Assembly: GCA_009914755.4 (NCBI GenBank)
Contig: CP068257.2
Coordinates: 1,984,001 to 2,048,000, forward strand
Origin: the human T2T-CHM13v2.0 reference genome, Homo sapiens
Direction of reading: 5' to 3'
DNA length: 64,000 bases
Positions 1 to 11,800 of the stretch are shown one piece after another. Numbering within the stretch: position 1 is the first letter of the stretch; the number at the start of each line of letters is the position of its first letter. Position numbers and translations under genes: made by a program. The notes under the pieces are model-generated. The model searched no databases and was not told the DNA's origin. It saw nothing but the letters and a program-made list of their open reading frames with translations.

Positions 1-51
1 GAGCTGAATTGAATGGAATAGAATAGAATGGAAAGGAATGGTGAAATGAAA

Positions 52-118
52 TGTGTGCTGAGATTGTGCCACTAGACTCCGGGCTGGGTGACAGAGTGAG
101 ATACTCTCAAAAGAAAGG
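52..118 (+). mobile_element. Alu 3'-end fragment (right-arm terminus plus degenerated poly-A), copy 1 of 10.
   Basis: gtgctgagattgtgccactagactccgggctgggtgacagagtgagatactctcaaaagaaagg matches the Alu consensus 3' end GTGAGCCGAGATCGCGCCACTGCACTCCAGCCTGGGCGACAGAGCGAGACTCCGTCTCAAAAA. The CpG sites appear as TpG or CpA. Confidence 0.8.
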
Positions 119-584
119 AATGGAATGGAATGCAGTGTAATGGAATGGAATGGAATGGAATGGAATGGAATGGAATGGAATGGAATAGAATGGAATGAAA
201 TGGAAAGGAATGGAATGGAGTGAACTGGAGAGGAGTGGATTGGAGAGAAGTGGGGTGGAGTGGAATGGAGGGGAATAGAATGGGATGGAATGGAATGGAA
301 TGAAGTGGAGTGGAGTGGGGTGGAGGGAAGTGCAGTGGAATGGAGCGGAATGGATTGGGATGGAATGGAATGCAGTGGAGTGGAGTGTAGTTGAGTGGAG
401 AGGAGTGGAATGTAGTGGAATGGAATCGGATGTAATGGAATGTAGAGGAGTGGAGTGGAGTGGAGTTGAACGGAGTGGAATGGAAGGGAAAGGAATGGAA
501 TGGAATGGATGTAAAGGAAAGGAATGGAATGCAATTTAATGTAATGGAATAGAATGCAATGAAATGGAAAGTTGACATGTAATA

Positions 585-645
585 TGAGCTGAGATAGTGC
601 CACTGCACTCAAGCCTGGGTGACGCAGTGATATACAGTGGAAAGG
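585..645 (+). mobile_element. Alu 3'-end fragment, copy 2.
   Basis: tgagctgagatagtgccactgcactcaagcctgggtgacgcagtgatatacagtggaaagg. Confidence 0.75.
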
Positions 646-825
646 AAGCTATGGAATGCAATGGAGTGAAATGTTATGGAATTGAATGGAATTGAGAGGA
701 GGGGAATGGAGTTTAGTGCAATGGAGTCAACTGGAATGGGATGGAGTGGAATGGAGTGGAGTGGAGTGAAATAGAGAGGAATGGAATGGGATGGAATGGA
801 ATGGAATGGAATGGTGAAAAGAAAT

Positions 826-893
826 GTGAGCTGAGATTGTGCCACTGCACTCCAGCCTCTGTGACAGAGTGAGATCCTTTGGAAAGAAAGGAA
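826..893 (+). mobile_element. Alu 3'-end fragment, copy 3.
   Basis: tgtgagctgagattgtgccactgcactccagcctctgtgacagagtgagatcctttggaaagaaagg. Confidence 0.8.
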
Positions 894-1176
894 AGGAATG
901 GTATGGAATGGAATGGAATGGAATGGAGTGGAGTGGAGAGGAGTGGAGTGGAGAGGAGTGGAGTGGAATGGATTGGAGTGGAATGGAATGGAGTGGAGTG
1001 GAATGGAATGGAGTGGAATGGAATGGAATGGAGTGGAGTGGAATGGAATGGAATGGAGTGGAATGGAATGGAATGGAGTGGAATGGAATGTAATGGAGTG
1101 GGATGGAATGCAATGGAAATGAATGCAATGGAATGAAACGGAATGGAACGGAATGGAATGGAATGGTGAAAAGAAA

Positions 1177-1252
1177 TGTGTGCTGAGATTGTGCCACTGC
1201 GCTACACCCTGTGTGAGAGAGGGAGATCTTGTCAAAAGAAAGTAGTGGAATG
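1177..1252 (+). mobile_element. Alu 3'-end fragment, copy 4 (more diverged).
   Basis: tgtgtgctgagattgtgccactgcgctacaccctgtgtgagagagggagatcttgtcaaaagaaag. Confidence 0.7.
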
Positions 1253-1365
1253 GAAGGGATTGGAATTGCACGGAATGGAATAGGTTGGAGTGGAGTGGAG
1301 TGGAATTCAGTGGATAGGAGTGGAGTGCAGTGGAATGGAAAGGAATGGAATGGTGAAATGAAAAA

Positions 1366-1430
1366 TGGCTTGAGATTGTGCCACTGCACTCCTGCCTGAG
1401 TGACAGAGTGAGATCCTCTCAAATGAAAGG
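1366..1430 (+). mobile_element. Alu 3'-end fragment, copy 5.
   Basis: tggcttgagattgtgccactgcactcctgcctgagtgacagagtgagatcctctcaaatgaaagg. Confidence 0.8.
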
Positions 1431-1645
1431 AATGCAATCTAATGGAGTGGAATGCAATAGAATGGAGTGGAGTAGAGTGGATTGGAGAGGAAAGGAGTGC
1501 AATGGAATGGGATGGAAAGGAAAGGAGTGGAGTGGAATGGAATGGAATGGAGTGGAGTGAAGTGGAATGGATTGCAATGGAGTGGAGTGGAGTAGAGCAG
1601 AATGGAACTGAATGGAACGGAATTGAATGGAATGGTGAAATTAAA

Positions 1646-1712
1646 TGTCAGCTGAGATTGTGCCACTGCTCTCCGGGCTGGGTGATGGAGTGAGATACTC
1701 TCGAAAGAAAGG
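1646..1712 (+). mobile_element. Alu 3'-end fragment, copy 6.
   Basis: tgtcagctgagattgtgccactgctctccgggctgggtgatggagtgagatactctcgaaagaaagg. Confidence 0.8.
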
Positions 1713-2133
1713 AATGGAATGGAATGCAATGCAGTGGAATGGAATGGAATGGAATGGAATGGAGTGGACTGGAGTGGATTGGAGTGGAGTGAAGTGGAGT
1801 GGAGTGGAATGGAGAGGAATGCAATGGGATGGAATGGAATGGAATGAAGTGGAGTGGAGTGGGGAGGAGCGGAGTCCAGTGGAATGGAGCAGAATGGAAT
1901 TGGATGGAGTGGAATGGAGTGGTGTAGAGAGAAGGGGAGTGGAGAGGAGTGGAATGGAGTGGAATGGAATTGGATGTGACGGAATGCAGTGGAGTGGAGT
2001 GGTGTGGAATGGGATGGAATGTTGTGGAGTGGAGTGGAGTGGAACGGAATGGAATGGAATAGAATGGAATACAATGGAATTCAATGGAATGCAATGGAAT
2101 AGAATGCAATGAAATGGAATGTTGTCATGCAAT

Positions 2134-2199
2134 GTGAGCAGAGACTGTGCCACTGCTCTCCAGCCTGAGTGACACAGTGATATAGTGTCGAAAGAAAGG
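2134..2199 (+). mobile_element. Alu 3'-end fragment, copy 7.
   Basis: tgtgagcagagactgtgccactgctctccagcctgagtgacacagtgatatagtgtcgaaagaaagg. Confidence 0.75.
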
Positions 2200-2715
2200 A
2201 ATGGAATGCAATGGAGTGAAATGGAATGGAATGAAAAGGAGAGCAGTGAAGTGGAGTGGAGTGGAGCGGAGTGGAGTGGAGTGGACTGCAATGGAATGGA
2301 ATGGAGTGGAGTGGAATGGAATGGTAAGGAATGGAATGGAAAGGAATTGAGTGGAGTGGAATGGAAGGGAGAGGAATTGAGTGGAGTGGAGTGGAATGCA
2401 ATCGAATAGAATGTAATGGAAGGGAATGGAATGGAGTGGAAAGGAATGGAATGGAGTGGAATGGAATGAAATGGAATGGAGTGGAGTGGAATGGAGTGAA
2501 GTGGAGTGGAATGGAGTGGACAGGAGTGGAGTGGAATGGAATGGAGTGGAATGAAATGGAATGGAGTGGAATGGAGTGGAAAAGAGTGGAATGGAATGTG
2601 GTGGAATGAAATGGAGTGGAGTGGACTGGAGTAGATTGAAATGGAATGCAGAGGAATGGAATGAAGTGGAATGGAATGGAATGGAATGGAATGGAATGAA
2701 ATGGTGAAAAGGAAT

Positions 2716-2780
2716 GAGTGCTGAGATTGTGCCACGTGCTACAGCCTGTGTGACACAGGGAGATCCTGTCGAAAGAAAGG
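2716..2780 (+). mobile_element. Alu 3'-end fragment, copy 8.
   Basis: tgagtgctgagattgtgccacgtgctacagcctgtgtgacacagggagatcctgtcgaaagaaagg. Confidence 0.7.
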
Positions 2781-2901
2781 AGTGGAATGGAAGAGATTGG
2801 AATGGAATGGAGTGGAATGGATTGGAGTGGAGTGGAGTAGAATTCAGTGGAGTGGAGTGCAGTGGAATAGAATGGAATGGAATGAAATGCTGAAGTAAAA
2901 C

Positions 2902-2966
2902 GTGAGATGAGATTGTGCCACTGCACACAGCCTTGGTGACAGAGTGAGATCCTGTCAAAAGAAAGG
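2902..2966 (+). mobile_element. Alu 3'-end fragment, copy 9.
   Basis: gtgagatgagattgtgccactgcacacagccttggtgacagagtgagatcctgtcaaaagaaagg. Confidence 0.75.
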
Positions 2967-3182
2967 AATGGAAAGGAAACGAGTGGAATGGAATGGAATG
3001 GAGTGGAATGGAATGGAGTGGGGTGGATTGGAGTGGAGTGGAAAGGAGTGGAATGAAATGGGATGGAATGGAAAGGAGTGGAGCGGAATGGACTGGAGTG
3101 GAGTGGAGTGGAATGGATTGGAGTGGAGTGGAGTAGAGTGGAATAGAGTGGAATGGAATGCAATGGAATGGTGAAATGAAAT

Positions 3183-3248
3183 GTGAGCTGAGATTCTGCC
3201 ACTGCACTGCAGGCTGGGTGATAGAGTGAGATACTTTCGAAAGAAAGG
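3183..3248 (+). mobile_element. Alu 3'-end fragment, copy 10. It is the last copy; no more occur in the remaining 60 kb.
   Basis: tgtgagctgagattctgccactgcactgcaggctgggtgatagagtgagatactttcgaaagaaagg. Confidence 0.8.
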
Positions 3249-6166
3249 AATAGAACAGAATGCAGTGGAATGGAATGGAATGGAATGGAGTGGACTGAAG
3301 TGGAGAGGAGTGGGGTGAATTAGAGTTGACTGGAATGGAGACAAATGGAATGAGATGGAACGGAATGCAATGGAATGGAATGAAGTGGAGATGAGTTGTG
3401 TGGAGAAGATTGTCGTTGAATGGAGCAGAATGGAAGGGGATGGAGTGGAATGGAGTGCTGTGGAGTGCAGTGCAGAGGAGAGGAGTGCAATGGCATGGAA
3501 TGGAGTTGGATACAATGGAATTTAGTGTAGTGGAGCAGAGTAAAGTAGAACGGAGTGGTATGGAATGGAGTGGAATAGAATAGAATGGATTCGAATGGAA
3601 TGGACGGGAATGGAATGGAATGGAATGGACTCGAATGGAATGGAATCGAATGAAATGGAATCTAATGAAAGGTAATCAAATGGAATGGAATCGAATTGAA
3701 TGGAACGGAATGGAACGGTCTCGAATGCAACAGAATCAAATGGAATAGAATCGAGTGGAATGGAATGGACTCGAATGGATAGGAATGGAAACGAAAGGAA
3801 TGGAAACGGAATGGATTCGAAAGGAATGGACTGGAATGGAATGCAATCGAATGGAATGGAATCGAACAGAATGGAATCAAATGGAATGGAATGGATTCGA
3901 ATGGACTGGACAGGAATGGAATGGTCCTGAAAGGAAAGGAATGGAATGGAAAAGAAGGGAATGGAATGGAGTGGAATGGAATGGAATAGAATTTAATGGA
4001 ATGGAACGGACTCGAATGAAATGGCCTGGAGTGGAATGGAATCGAATGGAATAGAATTGACTGAAATGGAATCGAAAGGGATGGAATAGAATTTAATGGA
4101 ATAGAATGGATTGGAATGGAATGGAATCTAATCAAATCAAATGGAATGGAATAGAATGGAAGGGAAGGGAATAGAAAGGAATAGAATGGAATAGATTCAA
4201 ATGGAATGGAATGGAATAGAATGGAATGGATTCAAATGGAATGGAATAGAAATGAATGTAACACAATGGAACGGAATGGAAACTAATAGCATGGAATGGA
4301 ACGGAATGGAATGGAATGGAATAGATTTGAAAGGAATGGAATGGACTGGACTCAAAAGGAATGGACTGGAATGGCATGGAATTGAACGGTATGGAATGGA
4401 ATGGAATGGAATTGAATGGAATGGATTTGAAAGGAATGGAATGGAAAGGAAAGGAATGGAACAGACTGGAATGGAATGGACTGGAATGAATTGGAATTGA
4501 ATGGAATGGAATGGAAATGAGTGGAATGCAATGGAATGGACTGGAATGGAATGGAATGGAATGGACTGTAATGGAATGGAGTATAATAGAACGGCCCCAA
4601 ATGGAATCTAATCGAATGGAATGGAATGGAATGGAATCAAATGGAATGGAAAGGAATAGAATGGAATCGAATGGAATGGACTCGAATGAAATGTACTGGA
4701 ATGGAATGGACTCGAATGGAATGGACTGGAATGGAATGTATTCAAAGAGAATGGAATTGAATGGAATGGACACGAATGCAATAAAATGGAATGGAATGGA
4801 CACGAATAGAATGGATTCTAATAGAATGGACTGGAATGGAATGGATTAAATTGGATGGACTCGAATGGAATGTAATCGAATGGAATGGAATCGAACGGGA
4901 CAGAATCGAATGGAATAGAATCGAATGGAAAGGAATCGAATGGAATGGACTGGAAAGAAATGGAATTGATAAGAATGGACTCGAATGGAATGGACTCAAA
5001 AGGAAAGGAATTGAATGAAATGGAATTGAATGGAATGGAATCGAATTTAATGGAATGGAATCGAATGGAATGCAATCGAATGGAATGCAATGGAATGGAA
5101 TGGAATCGACTGGAATAGAATCTACTAGAATGGAATGGAATGGAATGGAATGGATTCGATTGGAGTGGACAGGAATGGAATGGACTAGAATGGAATGAAC
5201 TCAAAAAGAAAGAAATGGAATGGAATGGAATAGAACAGAATGTAATGGGATCGAATGGAATGGAATCTAATGAAATGCAATCGAACGGAATGCAATAGAA
5301 TGGAAAGGAATGGAATGGAATAGAAACGAATGGAATGGAATTGAGTGAAATGGATTCTAATGTAATAGAATTGAATTGATTGAAATGCAATGGAATGGAA
5401 AGGACTCGAATGTAGTAGACTGGAATGGAATGGACTCGAATGAAATGGACTGGAAGGGAATGAGCTCGATTGGAATGCAAACGAATGGAATAGAATCGAA
5501 TGTAATGAAATCAAATGGAATGAATTGAATGGAATGAAACCGAATGGAATGCACTGGAATGGAATGGACTCGAATTGAAAGGAATCGAATATAATGGAAT
5601 GGAACGGAATGAAAAGTAACGGAATGGAATGGAATCAAATGGAATGGACTCGAATGCAATGCACTGGAATTGAATGGAATCGAGTGGAATGGACTTGAAT
5701 GGAATGGCGTCTAATGCAATGGAATGGACTGCAAAAGAATCGAGTTGAATGGAATTATTGGAATGGAGTTGAATGGAATGGATTGGAAAGGAATTGAATC
5801 AAATGGAATGGAATCGATTGGAATGGACTAGAATGGAATGGACACTAAAGGAATGGAATGAAATGGAATGGTCTCGAATGGAATGGAATGGAATGGAAAG
5901 GGCTCGAATGGAATGGAACCCAAAGGACTGGCATCGAATGCAATGGAATCTAATGGAATGGAATCCAATGTAATAGACCGGATTGGAATGAACTCAGATG
6001 CAATTGACTGCAAAGGAAAGGTCTCGAATGGAATGTAACGGAATGCGACGTACTCAAATGGAATGGACTCGAATGGAAAGGAATGGAATGGAATGGAATC
6101 AAATGGAATCGGTTGGAATAGCATGGATTTGAACCAAATGGAATGAAATGGAATGGTCTTGAAAGT

Positions 6167-6376
6167 AATGGGCAGGAATGGAATGGAACCGAATGGAATG
6201 GAATGAATTGGAAAGGAATGGATTGGACTCGAATTTAATGGGCAGGAATGGAATGGAACAGAATGGAATGGAATGAATTGGAATGGAATGGATTGGACTC
6301 GAATTTAATGGGCAGGAATGGAATGGAACAGAATGGAATGGAATGAATTGGAATGGAATGGATTGGACACGAATGT
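6167..6376 (+). repeat. Local tandem triplication of a 70-bp block (14 pentamers).
   Basis: aatgggcaggaatggaatggaacagaatggaatggaatgaattggaatggaatggattggactcgaattt is repeated three times nearly identically (starts 6167, 6237, 6307). Confidence 0.85.
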
Positions 6377-8519
6377 AATTGACTGCAATGGAATGGACTC
6401 GAATGGAATGGAATCAAAAGAAATGGAATAGAATGGAATGGAATGGAACTGAATGTATCAGACTGGAATGGAATGGACTCGAATGTTATGGACTTGAATG
6501 GAATGGACTGGAATGGAATGGAATGGAATCAAATGGAATGGAATCGAATGGAATGGACTGGAATGCAATGGAAATGAATGGACTGGACTGGAATGGAATG
6601 TTCTAGAATAAAATGGCATCGAATGAAATGTAACGTACTGGAACGGAATGTATTCCAATGAAATGGCCTGGAAAGGAATTAACTCGAACGTAACTGACTT
6701 GAATGGAATGCAATTGAATGGCAAGGAATAGAATGTAATGGAATGGAATGGATTGGAATGAAATGGAATGGAATGGAATGGAAAGGAATGGAATGGAATG
6801 GAAGAGAATAGAATGGAATGGAATCGAATGGAGTGGACTATAATGGAATGGATTGGAATGGAATGGATTCAAATGGAATGGAATCGAATGGAGCGGATTT
6901 GAATGGAATGGACTTGAGTGGCATAGATTCAAATGGAATGGACTGGAATGGAATGCCTTTGAATGGAATGGAATAGAATGGGATGGAATCGAATGGAATG
7001 GAATCGAATTGAGTGGACTCAAATGGAATGGACTCGAATGTAATGGACTCAAAGGGAATGGACTCGAATGGAATGGAATCTAAATGAATGGAATGGAATC
7101 AAAAGGAATGGAATCGCAAGGAATGGAATGGCATGGAATGGAATGGATTGGAATGGAATCGAGTGGAATGGATTGGAATGAAATGTACTGGAATGGAATG
7201 GACTGAAAGGGAACATTCTCGAATGGAATGGAATAGAAAGGAATGGACTCGAATGGAATTGAAACAACTGGAATGGAATCTAGTGGAATGGAATGGAATG
7301 GAATGGAGTGGAATGGACAGGAATGGAATGGATTCGAATAGAATGAACATGAATGGAATGGATTCAAATGGGATGGACTCGAATGGAATGCATTTGAATG
7401 GAATGGAATTGAATGGAATGGAATCAAATGGAATGGACTGGAATTGAATGGATTCATACGGAGTGGACTCGAATGGAATGGACTCGAAATGAAAGGAATC
7501 TATTGTAATGGAACAGAACGGTATGGAAACGACTTGAATGGAAAGGATTCAAATGGAATGCAATGGAATGGAATGAAATGGAATGGAATCAAAAGGAATG
7601 GAATCGAGTGGAAGTCTTGAATGGAATGGAATCTAATGGAATGGAATGGACTCCAATGGAATGCACTGGAATAGAATGGACTCGAAAGGAAAGGACTCGA
7701 ATAGAAAGGACAAAAAGGAAAGGAATCAAAAGGAATGGAATCGATGGCAATAGAATCGAATGGAATGGAATAGAAAGGAATGCAAACGAATGGAACGGAA
7801 TGGTATGGAATGGAATGGAATGGAATCAAATGGAAAGTAATTGAGTGGAATGTAGATGAAAGGATAAGAATCTAATGGAATGGAATCTAATGCAATGGAA
7901 TTGGACAGAATGGAATGGAATGGAATAGAATGGAATGAAATGGAATGGAATCAAATGTAATGGACCGGAATTGAGTGGACCCGAATGGAATGGATTGGAA
8001 TGGAATGAACTCAAATGGAATGCAATAGAATGGAATGGAATCGAATGTAATGGAATCAAATGGAATGGAATTGAATAGAATGGAATCGAATGGAATAGAC
8101 GAATAGAATCGACTCGAATGGATTGGAATCAAATATAATAGAATGTAATTTAATGGAAAGGAAAGGAATGGAACCAAATGGAATGAACTCGAATGGAATG
8201 GACTGGAATTGAATGGACTCGAATGGAATGGACTTGAAAGGAATGGAATCTAATGGAATGGAAACAAATTGAATGGAATCGATTGGAATGGACTGGAAAG
8301 GAATGGACTGGAAAGGAATGGAATGGAATGGAATCCAAAGGAATGGAATGGAATGTAACAGAATTGAATGTAACAGAATAGAATGGAATGAAATCAAATG
8401 AAAAGGGATCAAATGGAATGGAATCATATGGAGTGGAATCAAATTAAATGGAATGGAATCGAATGGAATGGAATCAAATGGAATGGAATCAAATTGAAAG
8501 GAGTCGAATGGCACGGAAT

Positions 8520-8800
8520 GGAATCGAATGGATTGCAGTGAAGTGGAGTGGAGTGGAATGGACTGGGATGGAATGGAATTGAATGTAGAGGACGGGAGTG
8601 GAGTTGAATGGACTCAAATGGAATGGAAGGGGAAGGAATGGAATTGAACGGAATGGAGTATAATGGAGTGGAGTGGAATGTAATGCAATGGAATGGAATG
8701 GAATGGAATAGAATGGAATGGAGTTAATGGATTGCAAAGGAGTGGAATGGAAGGAAGTGGAGATGGATGGAATGGAGTATAGTGGAGTGGAGTGGAGTGG
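8520..8800 (+). repeat. Short island of GGAGTGG-type (A/C-like) satellite inside domain B.
   Basis: gcagtgaagtggagtggagtggaatggactgggatgg ... ggagtatagtggagtggagtggagtggaatgg, flanked on both sides by the CGAATGG-type sequence. Confidence 0.55.
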
Positions 8801-11800
8801 AATGGAATGGAATGGACTCCAAAGGACTGGAGTCAAATGAAATGTAATTGAAAGCAATGGAATGGAACGGAATGGAACGGACTCCAAAGGACTGGAGTCG
8901 AACGGAATGGAATTGAATGCAAAGGAATGGAATGGAATGGAATGGAATGGAACGGAATGCAATTAAATGAAATGGAAAGGAACGCAATGGAATGGAATGG
9001 AGTGGAATGCAATGGAATCAAATTGAATGGAATGGAATCGAACAGAATGGAATGGAATGGAATGAAATGCAATAGAAAGGACTGGAATAGAATGGAATGG
9101 AATGGAATCGAATCGAATTTAATGGAATCAATTAGAATGGGACCGAATAGAGTGGAATGGAATGGTGTGGAATGGACTAGAATGGAATGGAATGGAAAGG
9201 AAAGGGCTCGAATGGAATGGACCCGAATGGAATGGAATCAAATGCAATGGAATGCAAAGGAACAGAATAGAATGGAATGGAAGGTAATGGACTCTAATGT
9301 AATGGAATGCAATGCTATGGACTCGAATGGAATGGATTCAAATGGAATGGACTCGAAAGGAATGGACTCGAATGGAATGGAATCTAATGGAAAGGAATTG
9401 AATGAAATGGACTGGAAGGGATCGGTTTCGCACGGAATGGAATGGAATAGAATGGAATGGAATGGAATGGAATCGAATGGAATGGACTCGAATGGAATGG
9501 ACTCCAATGGAATGGACTTGAAAGGAATGCAATCGAATGGAATGGAATCGAATGGAATGGATTCGAAGGGAATGAAATGCAATCAAATGGAATGGAATCA
9601 AACGGAGTGGAATGGAATGGAATGGAATGGACTCGAATGTAAAGGACTGGAACGGAAAAGACTGGAATCAAATGGACTCACATGGAATGGAGTCAAATGG
9701 AATGCAATCAAATAGAATAGAACAAAATGGAATGGAATGGAATCGAATGGAATGGAATATATTCGAATATAAAGGACTGGAATGGAATGTACTTGAATGA
9801 AATGGACTTGAATGAAAAGGATTTGTATGGAATGCACTCAAATGGAATGGAATTAAACAAAATGGACTCGAATGGAATGCAGTCGATTAGAATGGAATCG
9901 AATGGGGTGGAATCTAATGGAATGGACTGCAATGGAATGGACTCCAAAGAATGGACTCGAATGGAATAGACTCGAATGTAACGTAATGTAATGAAATCGT
10001 AAAAAATGGGATGGACTCGATTGTAATGGATTGTAATGCAATAGACTAGCATGGAATGGACTCCAATGGAATGGAACAAAATGGAATGGAAAGGATTGGA
10101 ATGTACTCGAATTTAAATGACTAGAAAGGAATGGACTTGAATGGAATTGACTCGAATGGAATACAGTCGAATGGAATGGAATGCAATGGAAAGGAAAGGA
10201 GTGGAATGGAATGGACAGTAATCGAATGGACTTGAAAGGAAGGGACTCGAATGGAATGTACTCGAATGGAATGCAATCGAATGGAATGGAATCGAATGGA
10301 ATGGAATCAAAAGGAATGGACTGGAATGAAATAGAATGGAATGGAATGGACTCGATTGGAATGGACTGGAATGGAATAGACTCAAAAGGAATGGACTCAA
10401 ATGGAATGCAATCGACTGCAATGGAACTGAATGGAGTGGAATCGAACGGAATGGTATTGAATGGAATGGACTCTAATGGAATGCAATAGAATCGAAAGGA
10501 CACTAATGGAATGAACTGGAATGGACCGGTCTCGAATGGAATGGAAAGGAATGGAATGGACTGGAACGGAATCTAATGGAATGGACTTGAATAGAATGGA
10601 CTCGAATTGAAAGGATTCGAATGGAATGGACGCGAATGGTCTGGAATTGAATCGAATCGAATGTAATGCTCTCTAATGGATTGGTCACGAATGGAATGGA
10701 ATCAAATGGAACGGAATCAAATGAAATGGACTCGAATGAAATGTAATCGAATGGAATGGAATCAAATAGAATGGCATAGAATGGAATGGACTTAAATTTA
10801 ATGGATTGGAATGGAACAGTCTGGAATGGAATGGAATTGAATGGAATGGAATGGAGTATAACGGAATGAAATGGAATGGAATCGAATAGAATGGAAAGGA
10901 ATGGAATGGAATGGAATCGAATGCAATGTAAAGGCATGGAATGGCACAGAACGGAACGGAATTGAAAGGAATAGAATCTAATGGAATGGAATGGAATTGA
11001 TTCCAATGGAATGGACTGGAATGGAATAGAATGGAAGGGAATTTATTCACATGGAATGGGCTGGAATGGAATTGAGTGGAATGGAATGGACTACAAGGGA
11101 AAGAACATGAATGGAATGGAATTCAATAGAATGGAATCGAATGGAATGGAAGGGTATGGAATGAAATATAATGCAGTCGAATGGAATGGAATGGATTGGA
11201 AAGGAATGGAATGGAATGGAATAGAATCGAATGGAATGGACTGTAACAGATTCGACTGGAAAGGAATGGAGTCCTATGGAACGGATTCAAATGGAATGGA
11301 TTCGCATCGAATGGATACGAGTGGTCTGGAATGGAATGGACTCGAATGCAATGGTCTCCAATAGAATGGATTCGAATGGAATGCAATTGAATGGAAAGGA
11401 ATAAAATTTAATGGAATCGAATGGAATGGAATCGAATGGAATGGAATCTAGTGGAATGGAATAGAATCGATACGACCCGAATGGAATGAACTGGAATAGA
11501 ATGATCTCCAATGGAATGGAATCGGGTGGAATGGAATCGATTGGAATGGAAAGAAAATGAAAAGAATGGAAAGCAATAGAATGAAAAGGAATGGAATGAA
11601 ATGGAGTCAATCGAATTGACTAGAATGGAATGGAATGTACATGAAAGTAATGAACTGGAATGGAATGGAGTTGATTCGAATTGTGTCTAACGGAATGGAA
11701 TCGAAAGGAATGGAATCCAATGGAATGCAATCACAAGGATTGGAAAGGAATGGAATGGACTCGAATGGAAGGGAATAAAATGGAATGGAAAGGAGTGGAC

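Larger units (their letters stand above)
1..3580 (+). repeat. HSat3 domain A: GGAGTGG/GGAATGG variant with a periodically embedded Alu 3'-tail fragment, making a composite repeat unit of variable length (about 185 to 575 bp).
   Basis: Ten copies of the same ~65-bp non-pentameric block, each preceded by GGAATGGTGAAA(T/A)GAAATGTG and followed by GAAAGAAAGG(A)ATGG. The interval between copies is filled with GGAATGG/GGAGTGG pentamers. Confidence 0.8.
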
